Of a stretch of 64,000 nucleotides of DNA, positions 32,501 to 41,327 are shown in pieces. A program made the position numbers and the translations under genes. Within the stretch, counting starts at the first letter, position 1, and every line of letters starts with the position of its first letter. The notes below the pieces were generated by a model that was not told the origin of the DNA, ran no database searches, and was given only the letters and a program-made list of their open reading frames with translations. The stretch is from Paramoeba atlantica (lineage: Eukaryota > Protista > Discosea), in NCBI GenBank assembly GCA_977017575.1, contig CDRNVI010000069.1, positions 1 to 64,000 on the forward strand, read 5' to 3'.

Positions 32501-32582
32501 GAATTTGCCGATGAAGCGACAGAGGGGAGGGGGTGCCGAGGAGGTCGTGCGCCATTTGCTGAATTCGACCGTAAACGTTCAT
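29571..32582 (-). CDS. NOL1/NOP2/Sun (NSUN2/Trm4-like) RNA m5C methyltransferase with N-terminal extension
   Basis: 1003 aa. VLDLCAAPGNK (motif I), ADVPCSGDG (motif IV), YSTCSLNPVENEAVV (motif VI). Confidence 0.92.
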   Translation of the reverse strand: MNVYGRIQQMAHDLLGTPSPLSLHRQIRTYDAKGRLTPATLSTVLLAARRTRQWHNALRIMHYCKNEAAFPLGVEHYQLALRCGIHPFLLARTLFPVLPAELRSKTNRTTSTELPPLLPESPTISPQSPDTTTAADMLKTLSHEFQISHPYPPHLVSLSFPLPSHRSHTLLAYYHRQGVLHSAADVAAYQAYLSETTTATTTSSFVQNRSTENPIDLNAPLTARLHTAWPYWKRLRTALLQLQQRNKYYASSFEAKEGKAPMNGLEGKLQRMGRWPQPSESVGDAKGSIHSTNLGNNKKAFLAHLSREVFVAYEPLMKSWLYRLHTHHLLGIQSLSSVLATALLGARIRPGSFVLDLCAAPGNKALRLAECLGRRGVLVVNDKNSPRRGDLEKRLSLAPFPQVLLTQYDAQHFPLVRVQPEEERGEEKTASKDITVLGNNVVPQHDRWSSNPLTFSQTVEPSGSFFDFVLADVPCSGDGRMGHDVHLNATWRPFEGVTLFNTQRAILSRALRLVHVGGSVLYSTCSLNPVENEAVVASVLREYAGSVELRHVNLPSSFSGVCLRPGLRRWCVPHYAENRTESDKHRGHLKRFVSAIEEVAWDSPLRTISNFTELFCSASDNLEQCARLLPHENRSFKTGFFFALFQKVAPSTAPEEQVLERPFPDKCPASTFDEAFSNQVLYPFTVLPNLFHYYTFCKNNDGSWSAMTKEASWFQQNIENGGHRKSREAQSMSVAIKRAQRPAAVCVVTQKDGRTLNIIGAQLLAPYLGSSRVIQLPPEAMDYLIRNSYIDARFFCDYYGEMRNSYDASMENAGHGAHLPLPPLTELEWAQSLEPVRSKAPSGLDSSLPSSTSSSSSSSLETELSGPLLVTTTGGTFHGVYLSCKLQIRSEEKIKQDSKFVSQDAVAQGLDRKEYWVIQAELTSDESKRLCALSNTISSSLALSNPELRPAEKKQTVNILDKTLKPTRRASYLERSSMPGNTENIFSPTVLSEMKEARRVLSQ

Positions 32583-32917
32583 TTTAGTCTATCTTGGTTG
32601 AGAAAAACTGGAAAAGGGAAAAACACTATTCTTAACGATCATGCATAATTGTGGCGCTAGGCCTGTATGTCAAGGCTTCATCGAGTTACAAAAATTAAGA
32701 AGAGTGCGCTTCGCATCAAACTGCATTATGAATACTTTACATGTTGTTTTAATCGAAGAAAAAAATATGCGATATTCAATAGTGATAACCGAAAACATAT
32801 GAGCGGAGCCGATAAAAAAGTAGCTCCGCGTCAAAAAGTGCGCTGAGCGCCGAGACGTCCATACATGTACCTACGGGTCAAGGTCCTTTGCTCAAGTTCG
32901 GTGTAAGCCGTTTTAAC

Positions 32918-33754
32918 TTACTCTCTTTCTGAAATCTGTGGACGTAGCTTTGCACAAGGTGGACCAGTACCAATAAATTCTTCGAAGAAATTACCAGTGA
33001 GATCAAAATATACAAGAGTAGGGGAAACCAATCTTAAGTCCACAATACCAGAAAACCGATTGTTTTCGATCCAAAAGTGTTCTAGCGCATCCGGCAAAGA
33101 TCCAAGATCGATAGAACCTTCAAAAATGTTATCGGAAAGCACAAGATGGCGCAACTTAGGAGGAAGCTTGGTAAGCTCCACGGTCCCTGAAAATGCATTC
33201 TCATGGAGAGACAAAACTTCGAGTGTTAGGGGTAGTTGTGTTAAATCGATTTCCTCCGATAGCTTGTTTTGATATAAATGGCATTTTTTCAGATGCGACG
33301 GAAGTCGAGTCAAATCGATGGGCCCGGAAAATAGATTCATGGCGAGTGCTATCAGCTCCATACTCTCCGGAAAATTTTCTAAAGGAATGTTCCCTGAAAG
33401 AGAAGTAGATTTAATAACTATTTCCTCGAAATAAAGAAATGATGATAACGTTGCAAAGTTCAGCTCACCACCAATGTTAAGCTTGTGCCAGGTCAAACCC
33501 TGTATTTCTTTGTTCTTGCATCGCACGCCGTTCCATTCGCAAGCAAGGTTAGATAAATTCCATGATGGGAGAGGATTTTCAACCTTTGCTACGAGTCGCT
33601 CAAGATAGTATTCAAGAGGAAGTAGGGCTCCACTTACTTTTGAAGGTCTGGTGGATTTCGCATATTCATCTGCACAACGGATGCGCTTTTGCGTAGATAG
33701 AAGTGGGTTTAAGAAAGTCATACGAAAAAATACCCTAGGAAGTCTGTAGCACAT
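32918..33754 (-). CDS. Small LRR protein (family member)
   Basis: 278 aa. RPSKVSGALLPLEYYL..NPLPSWNLSNLACEWNGVRC followed by LRRs. Confidence 0.85.
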   Translation of the reverse strand: MCYRLPRVFFRMTFLNPLLSTQKRIRCADEYAKSTRPSKVSGALLPLEYYLERLVAKVENPLPSWNLSNLACEWNGVRCKNKEIQGLTWHKLNIGGELNFATLSSFLYFEEIVIKSTSLSGNIPLENFPESMELIALAMNLFSGPIDLTRLPSHLKKCHLYQNKLSEEIDLTQLPLTLEVLSLHENAFSGTVELTKLPPKLRHLVLSDNIFEGSIDLGSLPDALEHFWIENNRFSGIVDLRLVSPTLVYFDLTGNFFEEFIGTGPPCAKLRPQISERE

Positions 33755-34034
33755 ACATACCTGTACAACTACATTGTATTCGACGAAATATTAAGAAAAA
33801 TGTACAATGAAGTACATTGAAGGTATAGTGCGGATAAGGTATCTATGAAAAAGCGAAACCTAAGATAATCAATACCTATCATGACTATATACTCTTTTCG
33901 TATCATCAAAGCTCTGTTGAGAATAATAAAGAAAAGAGGAATAATACTGACATTTGGTCCTTTGTGAGGAAAAGCATTTTGCGAGGTTGTACAAACGTCG
34001 GACACTCCAAGAATGTCTCCGCAGACTCATACCC

Positions 34035-35147
34035 TCATCTATTCGAGGACACACCCTCTTTTTTCTGTGATGCCATCTTACTCACTAATTCTGCCCTCTT
34101 CGCGCTACGTATCGAGGATTCTGCCACCTGCAGCGTGCGCCTCAGACAAAGTAGCGAAAGTGCGCATGCAGAGAACCAAAAAATCGAATAGAACAAGTGA
34201 CCATTGGGCGTGACATAGTACTCCGGTAGTTGTGTCTCGGACGCACGCTTCGGAAAGATTTCCCCGTTCACCAACACCCGCGCAATATCCTCCTCCTCCG
34301 GAATACGAATATAATACCTTCGTAAGGGGTGCGGAAACACAGACGTCTTTCCTCCTCTCTCCATTTTTATTTCCCCACCATCCTTTCCCCCCCTCTCCCC
34401 ACCACTCTTTTCCCCCCCCTCCTCTTCCTCCCTTACCCCTCCTGTGGTGGAGCGCTGTTGTCGGCTCCACGTTTGGAACTTCCTACAGTACCCCGCGGCC
34501 ATCTCATACGGCCGAAACAACGACCAGGCCCGTCCCATCGGAGCTCGATGGGCCGGGGGGTTGCGCCCGCCCCACCACGAGGAGGCGTCCTCCTCATACC
34601 GCACACTCCCACGCAGCCGGGTGGACCGGTTTGTGGTGGTGCGGAGGTATTTTTGGAGGAACACCCCCCCCTTGAAGGCGTCGATCGGGACCCACCCGAG
34701 ATCGACCATCACCAGCGAGCCGTCAGGGTCGCAGTGAAACGGACACAGCGCGTGGAACCCCCCGCGGTCCTCTCCCCAGGAGGGGGAACCGACTCGGGGA
34801 GTCGTATTGTTAGGATTCGAAGGCGTAGGACTACTGCTACTCGTACTACTGCCTTTGTGTAAACCCGTAGAGGCGTTCCCGACACGGATGGCATCCGCTG
34901 GGGCACCACGGGGTCCCACCAGGACGGTTTCGTTAAAGTCGAAACAGCCGTGGAGGGCGACGGGCTGGAATAAGGAGGGGACGGCGGACCCGGGGGGTGG
35001 GAGGGTGTCCAGGGGGGTGGAATGGACGTTGTCCTGGAGGGAGAGGATGTGCTGCTTCCATTGACGACGGAACAGCTGCCACACCCCCGCGTTGAAACAC
35101 AGTACCCCGGAGCCAGCGAAGGCAAAGACGGTGCCGCGAAGGCCCAT
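34035..35147 (-). CDS. SURF1: SURF1/Shy1 cytochrome c oxidase assembly protein
   Basis: GVWQLFRRQWK, VALHGCF..VLVGPR, MVDLGWVP, and HLFYSIFWFS in the second TM helix. Confidence 0.9.
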   Translation of the reverse strand: MGLRGTVFAFAGSGVLCFNAGVWQLFRRQWKQHILSLQDNVHSTPLDTLPPPGSAVPSLFQPVALHGCFDFNETVLVGPRGAPADAIRVGNASTGLHKGSSTSSSSPTPSNPNNTTPRVGSPSWGEDRGGFHALCPFHCDPDGSLVMVDLGWVPIDAFKGGVFLQKYLRTTTNRSTRLRGSVRYEEDASSWWGGRNPPAHRAPMGRAWSLFRPYEMAAGYCRKFQTWSRQQRSTTGGVREEEEGGEKSGGERGGKDGGEIKMERGGKTSVFPHPLRRYYIRIPEEEDIARVLVNGEIFPKRASETQLPEYYVTPNGHLFYSIFWFSACALSLLCLRRTLQVAESSIRSAKRAELVSKMASQKKEGVSSNR

Positions 35148-36441
35148 GGTGGGGGGAAAGAGGGAGAGAGGGGAGAAAAAAAGGGGTTCCTAGGGAGGGG
35201 ATTTAGAAAAGAGTGGTGGTGGAGAGGAGTGGCTTGGGGTGAGTGGAAGGGGGCTGATCCACTTCCTTGATTTATCGTCCAAGAATACTCTCCCTTTCAC
35301 AATTCTTTATAAATATAAATTACCGTGCGCGTAAAAATTAAGGGTAATTATAATCATTGCAGCAAAAATTAGTACAATATTAATTGGTGCAGAAAATTGT
35401 TCTTAAAAACGCTCTGCACTAATTAGAGGGTTGAAACTAGAGAAACAATCAAGTTGACGATGATGCCGTATCTGACGATAGCTGTTTGCAGATGGCATAA
35501 GCACTACAAGGATCATGGTCAATACTATGATCCTCGAAAGCGTGGTAAAACTACTGTACTAGATCAGAATATTTTGAAAGAAATACTTGAAAAATTTCAA
35601 AAACTACGTCACTTAAGAGTCCAAATGCCCAAAATCGGCGGACTCTTAAGTAGGGGGGGTACAGTACGATAGTATTTATAATTAAGATTATAAATTATAA
35701 TTAAGATATCGTTCAAATAAGGATTTTTTCGACGAAAAAATCCTTAAATTCGTAAGTAAATACTATCGTAATTGAATTCAGCACTGTATTGTTTTGGTTT
35801 TTTTCATTGTTCATGCCTTAAAGAGTGCACTCGCGTTCTTTCGGAGGAAAATTTTCGGAAGCCTCTGGTTCACCGCCCGGACAGACCAAAGTCACGCATA
35901 GAATGCTTCTTGGGGCGGTCTATAGTGAGACAGGGTCTTTTTCAGAGACTGACCATACTTTTCTTGTACATGAAGACGCGGTTAACCTACAGGTAGAACG
36001 TCACGAGAAGACAGGTGACGTACAGGATCCAGAAAGGAAGAAAACACGCAATTTGTGCTCTCCTAGCTTAGTGGAAGCAGACTTAAAGGTTGTTGATGAA
36101 CCGGACCGAGATGGCCCACGTCCTTCCTGGAACTTTATTCTGCACGAGGTCCGTAAGGCGGGGTTCCAGTGTTCGAAATGGTCTTTGAAGCGTCTGTACC
36201 AAAAGAAATTGAAACTACATTTCTATTTTTAATTGTTATTTAATTGGTTAATGTATATAATTGGTTAATTGGGTTATTTTTAATTGGTGTCGGTCGAGAA
36301 AAGGACACTAATTTAAAGTACACCAATTTTTACGACACTAATTTATCTTTCAAACAACTACTTCATGAATACAAGAAAAAATCGCACGGAAAAATAATAA
36401 ATTGATACTTATACTGTACCCCTCCCGTTTATAATAGCCTC

Positions 36442-36937
36442 TTCAATGTTTCAGTTAAAATGGTAAGAAAATATTTGAAAGAAAAAAAACCCACCCCACA
36501 GTACACAAGTTTGGGGGGCTATAGGTGTAGGTTGGAGACACTTAGTTGTTCTCGATAAGGACTCGTCCATCACGAGCATATCTTATGTAAAGACGTTGAA
36601 GAAAGCACAATTTCCACAGAATTGTATCTTTCAACAAGATGGGGATACAGCACACACTGCCCGTGCCTCTATGGAGTACATTACGGGTAGAATGAGTGAT
36701 GTACTTAAAAATTGGCCCCCCAATTCACCTGACCTTTCCCCCATAGAAAACGTTTGGTCGATGGTCCAGGACGCGGTGGACGGAAAGACTCCATCGGATA
36801 AACCTTCACTTATCCGATGCATACGCAAAGCGTGGTCTCGTTTGCCACAAAAGGTGATCGATAAAACTGTTTTGAGTTTTGATGCTCGCCTTAAGAAGTG
36901 TATAGAACTCAAAGGCGAAAAAGTGACAAAATGGTAA
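36442..36937 (+). pseudogene. Internally deleted Tc1-like transposase
   Basis: Fragments resembling FNVSVKMVRKYLK and WGAIGVGWR, plus FQQDG..WPPNSPDLSPIENVW, paralogous to the ORF at 37330. Confidence 0.85.
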
Positions 36938-37329
36938 TTGTAATCTAGAAACGCTAGTTGTTCTTTGTTTCAGCCCACTCTTAGGTGCGCAAAGTTCCTA
37001 TGGTGAGATCTGCAAAATGCAACAAAAATGAGCTCAAACGGCCACTTGGCCGAAAAAAAAGTGGGGGGTGACTTTTCGTTGGGCGGGGTTTATTTAAGAC
37101 GGTGGAAGAAAATTAAAAAAAATCTTCCTCGGTTTGCCAAAAAAAGAACCTATAAACCCCTCGACACGAATAAAGCACCCCCCTTTATTTTTTGCGTGCG
37201 GGGACCCATGGGGGTTGCAGCACCACTTTATCGTCCAGAATTTTGAGATCTGCACGTTCCCGTGGTTTTTAGCTTCATTTAAAACTTTTAAAAAAATCAG
37301 TTTCAGAAATATTTTCTTTCTAAAATTTC

Positions 37330-38328
37330 ATGGTAAAATCCAAGTACCGTCCCCCAAAGGGGGGGATGACCCCTATAGGTAAGACATTATTGCGCCTGAG
37401 GTTCGAGGACGGTGTCCCAAAGAAGCAACTTGCACGAGAATTTAATATTTCTGTAAAATATGTGAGGCAATATCTGAAAGCAAAAGAAACCAATAAAACC
37501 AAAATATTTACACCGAAAAAAAATATCTTACGTCGCAGAAAAAAAATAGTAACCATTATTTCACCAAAAGACCTTGCTGGAGTGCCGAAACACAGCAGCG
37601 CTAGATGCATTGCGGGGAGATTGAGTAAAAAGGGGGTACATGTCACAAAACGCACTGTTCAACGTGACTTAAAAGCAATGAAATATACTTATTCCCCACG
37701 CCCGGTTACTATGGCGTTGACCGAACGTCAGAAGGCTAAAAGGGTTGAGTTTGCCTTAGCATGGAATGGGGATTCACGCATAATTGTATTTTCTGATGAA
37801 AAAATCTTTGATACTAATGATATGCGTAAAAAAATGTGGGTTGCCCCGGGCGAAAAGGCTACTCCAAGGCAGAAAATGCGTTGGGCCCCAAAATGCCATG
37901 TGTGGGGTGCCATTGGAGTTGGGTGGCGTTATCTAGCTATTCTTCCCAATGACAGCTCAATTACGAGCGAAACGTATATTAAAACCCTGCGTAAGACTCC
38001 TTTCCCCCGTAATTTTATTTTTCAACAAGATGGAGCAGGCGCACACACTGCAAAAATGACAAAGTCTTATCTTTTTGAATCAGAAATTCAGTATATCAAA
38101 AATTGGCCTGCCAACTCACCTGACCTCAATCCTATAGAAAATGTATGGGAAATGATACAGCAACGAGTATGTGGAATGAACCCCTCGAGTACTACTTCGC
38201 TTATTAGGTGTGTAAAAAAAGCATTTAAAGAAATCCCCCGAAGGGAAATAAATAAAACTGTTTTAAGCTTCGATCGTCGACTAGAAGCCTGCGTAAAGTG
38301 CAAGGGAGAAAAAGTGAAAAAGTGGTAA
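37330..38328 (+). CDS. Tc1/IS630 transposase, DD35E
   Basis: 332 aa. N-terminal HTH, IVFSDEKIF, VWGAIG, FQQDGAGAH, WPANSPDLNPIENVW; 35 residues between the second D and the E. Confidence 0.93.
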   Translation: MVKSKYRPPKGGMTPIGKTLLRLRFEDGVPKKQLAREFNISVKYVRQYLKAKETNKTKIFTPKKNILRRRKKIVTIISPKDLAGVPKHSSARCIAGRLSKKGVHVTKRTVQRDLKAMKYTYSPRPVTMALTERQKAKRVEFALAWNGDSRIIVFSDEKIFDTNDMRKKMWVAPGEKATPRQKMRWAPKCHVWGAIGVGWRYLAILPNDSSITSETYIKTLRKTPFPRNFIFQQDGAGAHTAKMTKSYLFESEIQYIKNWPANSPDLNPIENVWEMIQQRVCGMNPSSTTSLIRCVKKAFKEIPRREINKTVLSFDRRLEACVKCKGEKVKKW

Positions 38329-39268
38329 TCGTCTACTTATATTTTACCTTATTCACCCCAGGACAATTTTACAAGGTGCGCAAAGTCTATTCACTGAGAT
38401 CTGCAAAATGCCACAAGAATTAGCTCAAACGGACTTACCATACAAATTTTAGAGGGGGGTGCTTTATTGTGTCGAGGGGTTTATAGGGGGGGAGGGGTCG
38501 AGGCTATTATAAACAGGGAGGGGGTACGGTAGTTTTGAAAAAACCATTTTCGTTGTTCAAGAGATAATTGGGTGAAAGGGGACTTTTTTTGCCCCCGAAA
38601 AAAACTTGAAATTTTTTCATGGTGGTTTCTCAAACAAAATTTCAGTATTATCCAAGCGAGTGAATAAGCAGCATATTTTTGCTACTTACACGACTCCGCT
38701 CTATCTTTTTTTTTTGCACAGGCTGTAAAATGTATGACAGTATCACTTTTTGTAGTTGGGAACCTTGGATGACGTGCTGATAGAAGCCTGTACTGTACGA
38801 TGTGAATTAAGGAGTTCTTGTAATCCGCTGTTTAAGGAAGGTTTTTTCCAGGCTCAGAACCAGAACCAAGATAGAGCTCATACATTTTCTTGTTTGGTAT
38901 ATTTTATTAAGGGAAGTACGAAGTTAAAAGTTTTTGGGGGAAAAAAGTCCCTTTTGACCGATAATTGTTTTCCACTGAGGATTTTCCGTCGTCTATGCCA
39001 CTGCCTCTACCCCTAGTGGTATTCTTATGCCTTCGGGCATATTCAATTATTAGAAAAGTGGCACTACACCAAGTTTTTAATTATTGGCGAAGCTATGCAA
39101 CTTTTAATTAAAAGATCAATAATGTTTGTAGAAATTTGTACATATCGACAAACAATAGAAGTTGTTAGTAGAGGGGCGGAAAAACCCAAAATTAGGTCAA
39201 AAGTTTTTTTTGCTCCGAAAAAGATTCAAGAATTTTTACGGGGACGAAAGTTGTTTTTCACCAAAAAA

Positions 39269-39327
39269 TTATTATACCTAGGAGGTACAATAGGTGTACC
39301 TAGGTATAATAACCCGGACGATGGTTT
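39269..39327. repeat. Second copy of the CCTAGG palindromic motif, no family A adjacent
   Basis: TTATTATACCTAGG..CCTAGGTATAATAA 14-bp stem, followed by CCCGGACGATGGTTT as at 4868. Confidence 0.85.
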
Positions 39328-39748
39328 GCATCTCTCTAACCTTGTCAGATTCGTTGCGAAGGGCAGGTTATTAAGTGGTCATTAAGTGAGGGGATGCGGG
39401 TGTGATCTCGCATGACCTCACGACCGGGTGTTGACATAAAGCCAATCTCGCTCCTCCTGCGTCAAATCTTCTCATAAAATTTGAGTTTTTGTGTAAAATC
39501 TATGGCACTCTTCTCTAAAAAGTGGTTGCCAAGATCAGACCTCATGAGAAATTCAAAAATTGACCAAAAAGATAAAAAAAATGTTTCTCGCCAAAAATTG
39601 ACAACTTTTAAATAAAAGAACAATAATTTTTGTACCATGAATTTTAGCGATAATAATTTTTGGCTTGGGTATAATTAAAAATACACCAATTTTTACGACT
39701 CGATATTTTACGACACAAATTTTTACGAGCATGATTTCCGCAGCCTGT

Positions 39749-40504
39749 TCAATGATGATCCACAGAATGATTGCACTCGAGCAGTCGAATATTCGTTCTC
39801 TTAAAGTCGATTCGTTGTCTTAGTTGCTTTGGGAAATCGCATCTCTGCACCTCACCGCAAAGTGCTTCATTTTCGTATATCATAAGGAGTTGAAGCTTTA
39901 AGGGGAGATTAGATAAGTTAACAACCCCGGAAAAATTATTGCCACTAATATTGAGCTCGAATAAATTCTTTGGAAGAGAAGTCAGATCTGGTGTCCCAGT
40001 AAGATCATTCTGATGGACGTTAATAATTTCTAATCGTGCAGGAAGCATATTCAGACACACCTCGCCGCTAAATCTATTCCAGCACAAATAGACCCACTTC
40101 ATGGTCTCTGGGAGTGCACTTAAGTCCAACGATCCAGTAAAATAATTTTTATGAAGACTTAGCGCAATTAGCTCGAACGGTAAATTATCTAAGAGTATCT
40201 CACCGGACAACTGGCTTTCTTCTACTTCAAATGTTGACAGAGTTTGTGGAAGGTAAGCTAGGTGCAGCGTTCCAAACAGATTCATTTCATTCCAACAAAT
40301 ATGAGATACCTGACCTTTTTTATTACATTTTACGTCACTCCAGCTGCACGCTGCCGTAGAAGTACACCAGGATGAATGTGGGGTCTTTACATCACTAATG
40401 AGTCGCGCAAGTTCGTATTCTTGAGGTAGATTCGCGAAGCCAACCTTTGCAGGACTAATCAGAGGTGCTCTTGGAACGTCTTTAGATCGAACGTATAAGT
40501 CCAT
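39749..40504 (-). CDS. Small LRR protein (family member)
   Basis: First ATG at 40504, 251 aa. PAKVGFANLPQEYELARL..WCTSTAACSWSDVKC followed by LRRs. Confidence 0.85.
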   Translation of the reverse strand: MDLYVRSKDVPRAPLISPAKVGFANLPQEYELARLISDVKTPHSSWCTSTAACSWSDVKCNKKGQVSHICWNEMNLFGTLHLAYLPQTLSTFEVEESQLSGEILLDNLPFELIALSLHKNYFTGSLDLSALPETMKWVYLCWNRFSGEVCLNMLPARLEIINVHQNDLTGTPDLTSLPKNLFELNISGNNFSGVVNLSNLPLKLQLLMIYENEALCGEVQRCDFPKQLRQRIDFKRTNIRLLECNHSVDHH

Positions 40505-40545
40505 TTGACTAAAATACACAAGCTCGTACCTGAATATTCAGCATA

Positions 40546-40974
40546 ACCCGGGGAACGGTATATTATTTAAATCGCTATTTAAATAATATAGTGTTATTTA
40601 AATAATATAGCGTTAAAGTTTCTATTTAAATAATATAGCGTTAGCGCCAGAATATTTAAATAGGGGAAAAACGCAAGTAAAAATGTGGTCTTTAGAAGTA
40701 CGTACGGTAGTTTAAGGGGCTTCTAAGTTGGTATAGAGCACTTAAAAAGTTGTAAAAAATGATTTTAGCCTACAATTCTAGCTATTACCAAAGAATTCTA
40801 GGTATTTCCAAAGGAATTCCTCGACAAGTAGGCCCGCCATAGTGGGAAAATAAGCCGAATTTTACCATTTAAATAATATAGTGTTAATTTAAATAATATA
40901 GTGTTATTTGAATAATAGTGTCATTTAAATGTTATAGCGTTATTAATATATTAATAATATACCGTTCCCCGGGT
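40546..40974. mobile_element. MITE with TA TSD
   Basis: Perfect 25-bp inverted match including the TA (ATAACCCGGGGAACGGTATATTATT); internal TTTAAATAATATAG repeats. Confidence 0.85.
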
Positions 40975-41327
40975 TATACCAAGCTCTCATAGCTTGTACA
41001 CTATGCAGTGGCGTATACTGAAAATTTAAGCATATTTTCGATAAAAATAACTTTCACAAGGAACGAAAGGCTTTCAAAAATTATATACTATGTCACAAGA
41101 ACAACGCTTGTGTCCTCCGTGCTTAATAGAAATCCTTTTGGTAAAGAGTTCCTTAGAATTTCGCCGAAAATCTCCCAATTAAAGGACAAATTGGCCACTT
41201 GTAATGTTAGTGGTAATCGATCAAGAAAAACCTGACCAGAAAATTCATTGTCGGAGATGTTAAGATACTTCAGACCCACAGGAAGATTAGATAAGTCAGG
41301 TGACCCCGAAAATTTATTCCCGGCTAG

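Larger units (their letters stand above)
36414..38529 (+). mobile_element. Tc1/IS630-family composite: deleted copy followed by an intact copy
   Basis: Outer TIRs TA|CTGTACCCCTCCCGTTTATAATAGCCTC and GAGGCTATTATAAACAGGGAGGGGGTACGG|TA; inner inverted repeat at about 37149..37184 and 38453..38486. Confidence 0.8.

Noticed and set aside
35320-36232. Short plus-strand ORFs and a lone GGGGGGTACAG|TA end near 35665
   Set aside because: Probably transposon debris, but no matching second TIR or diagnostic motif was found.
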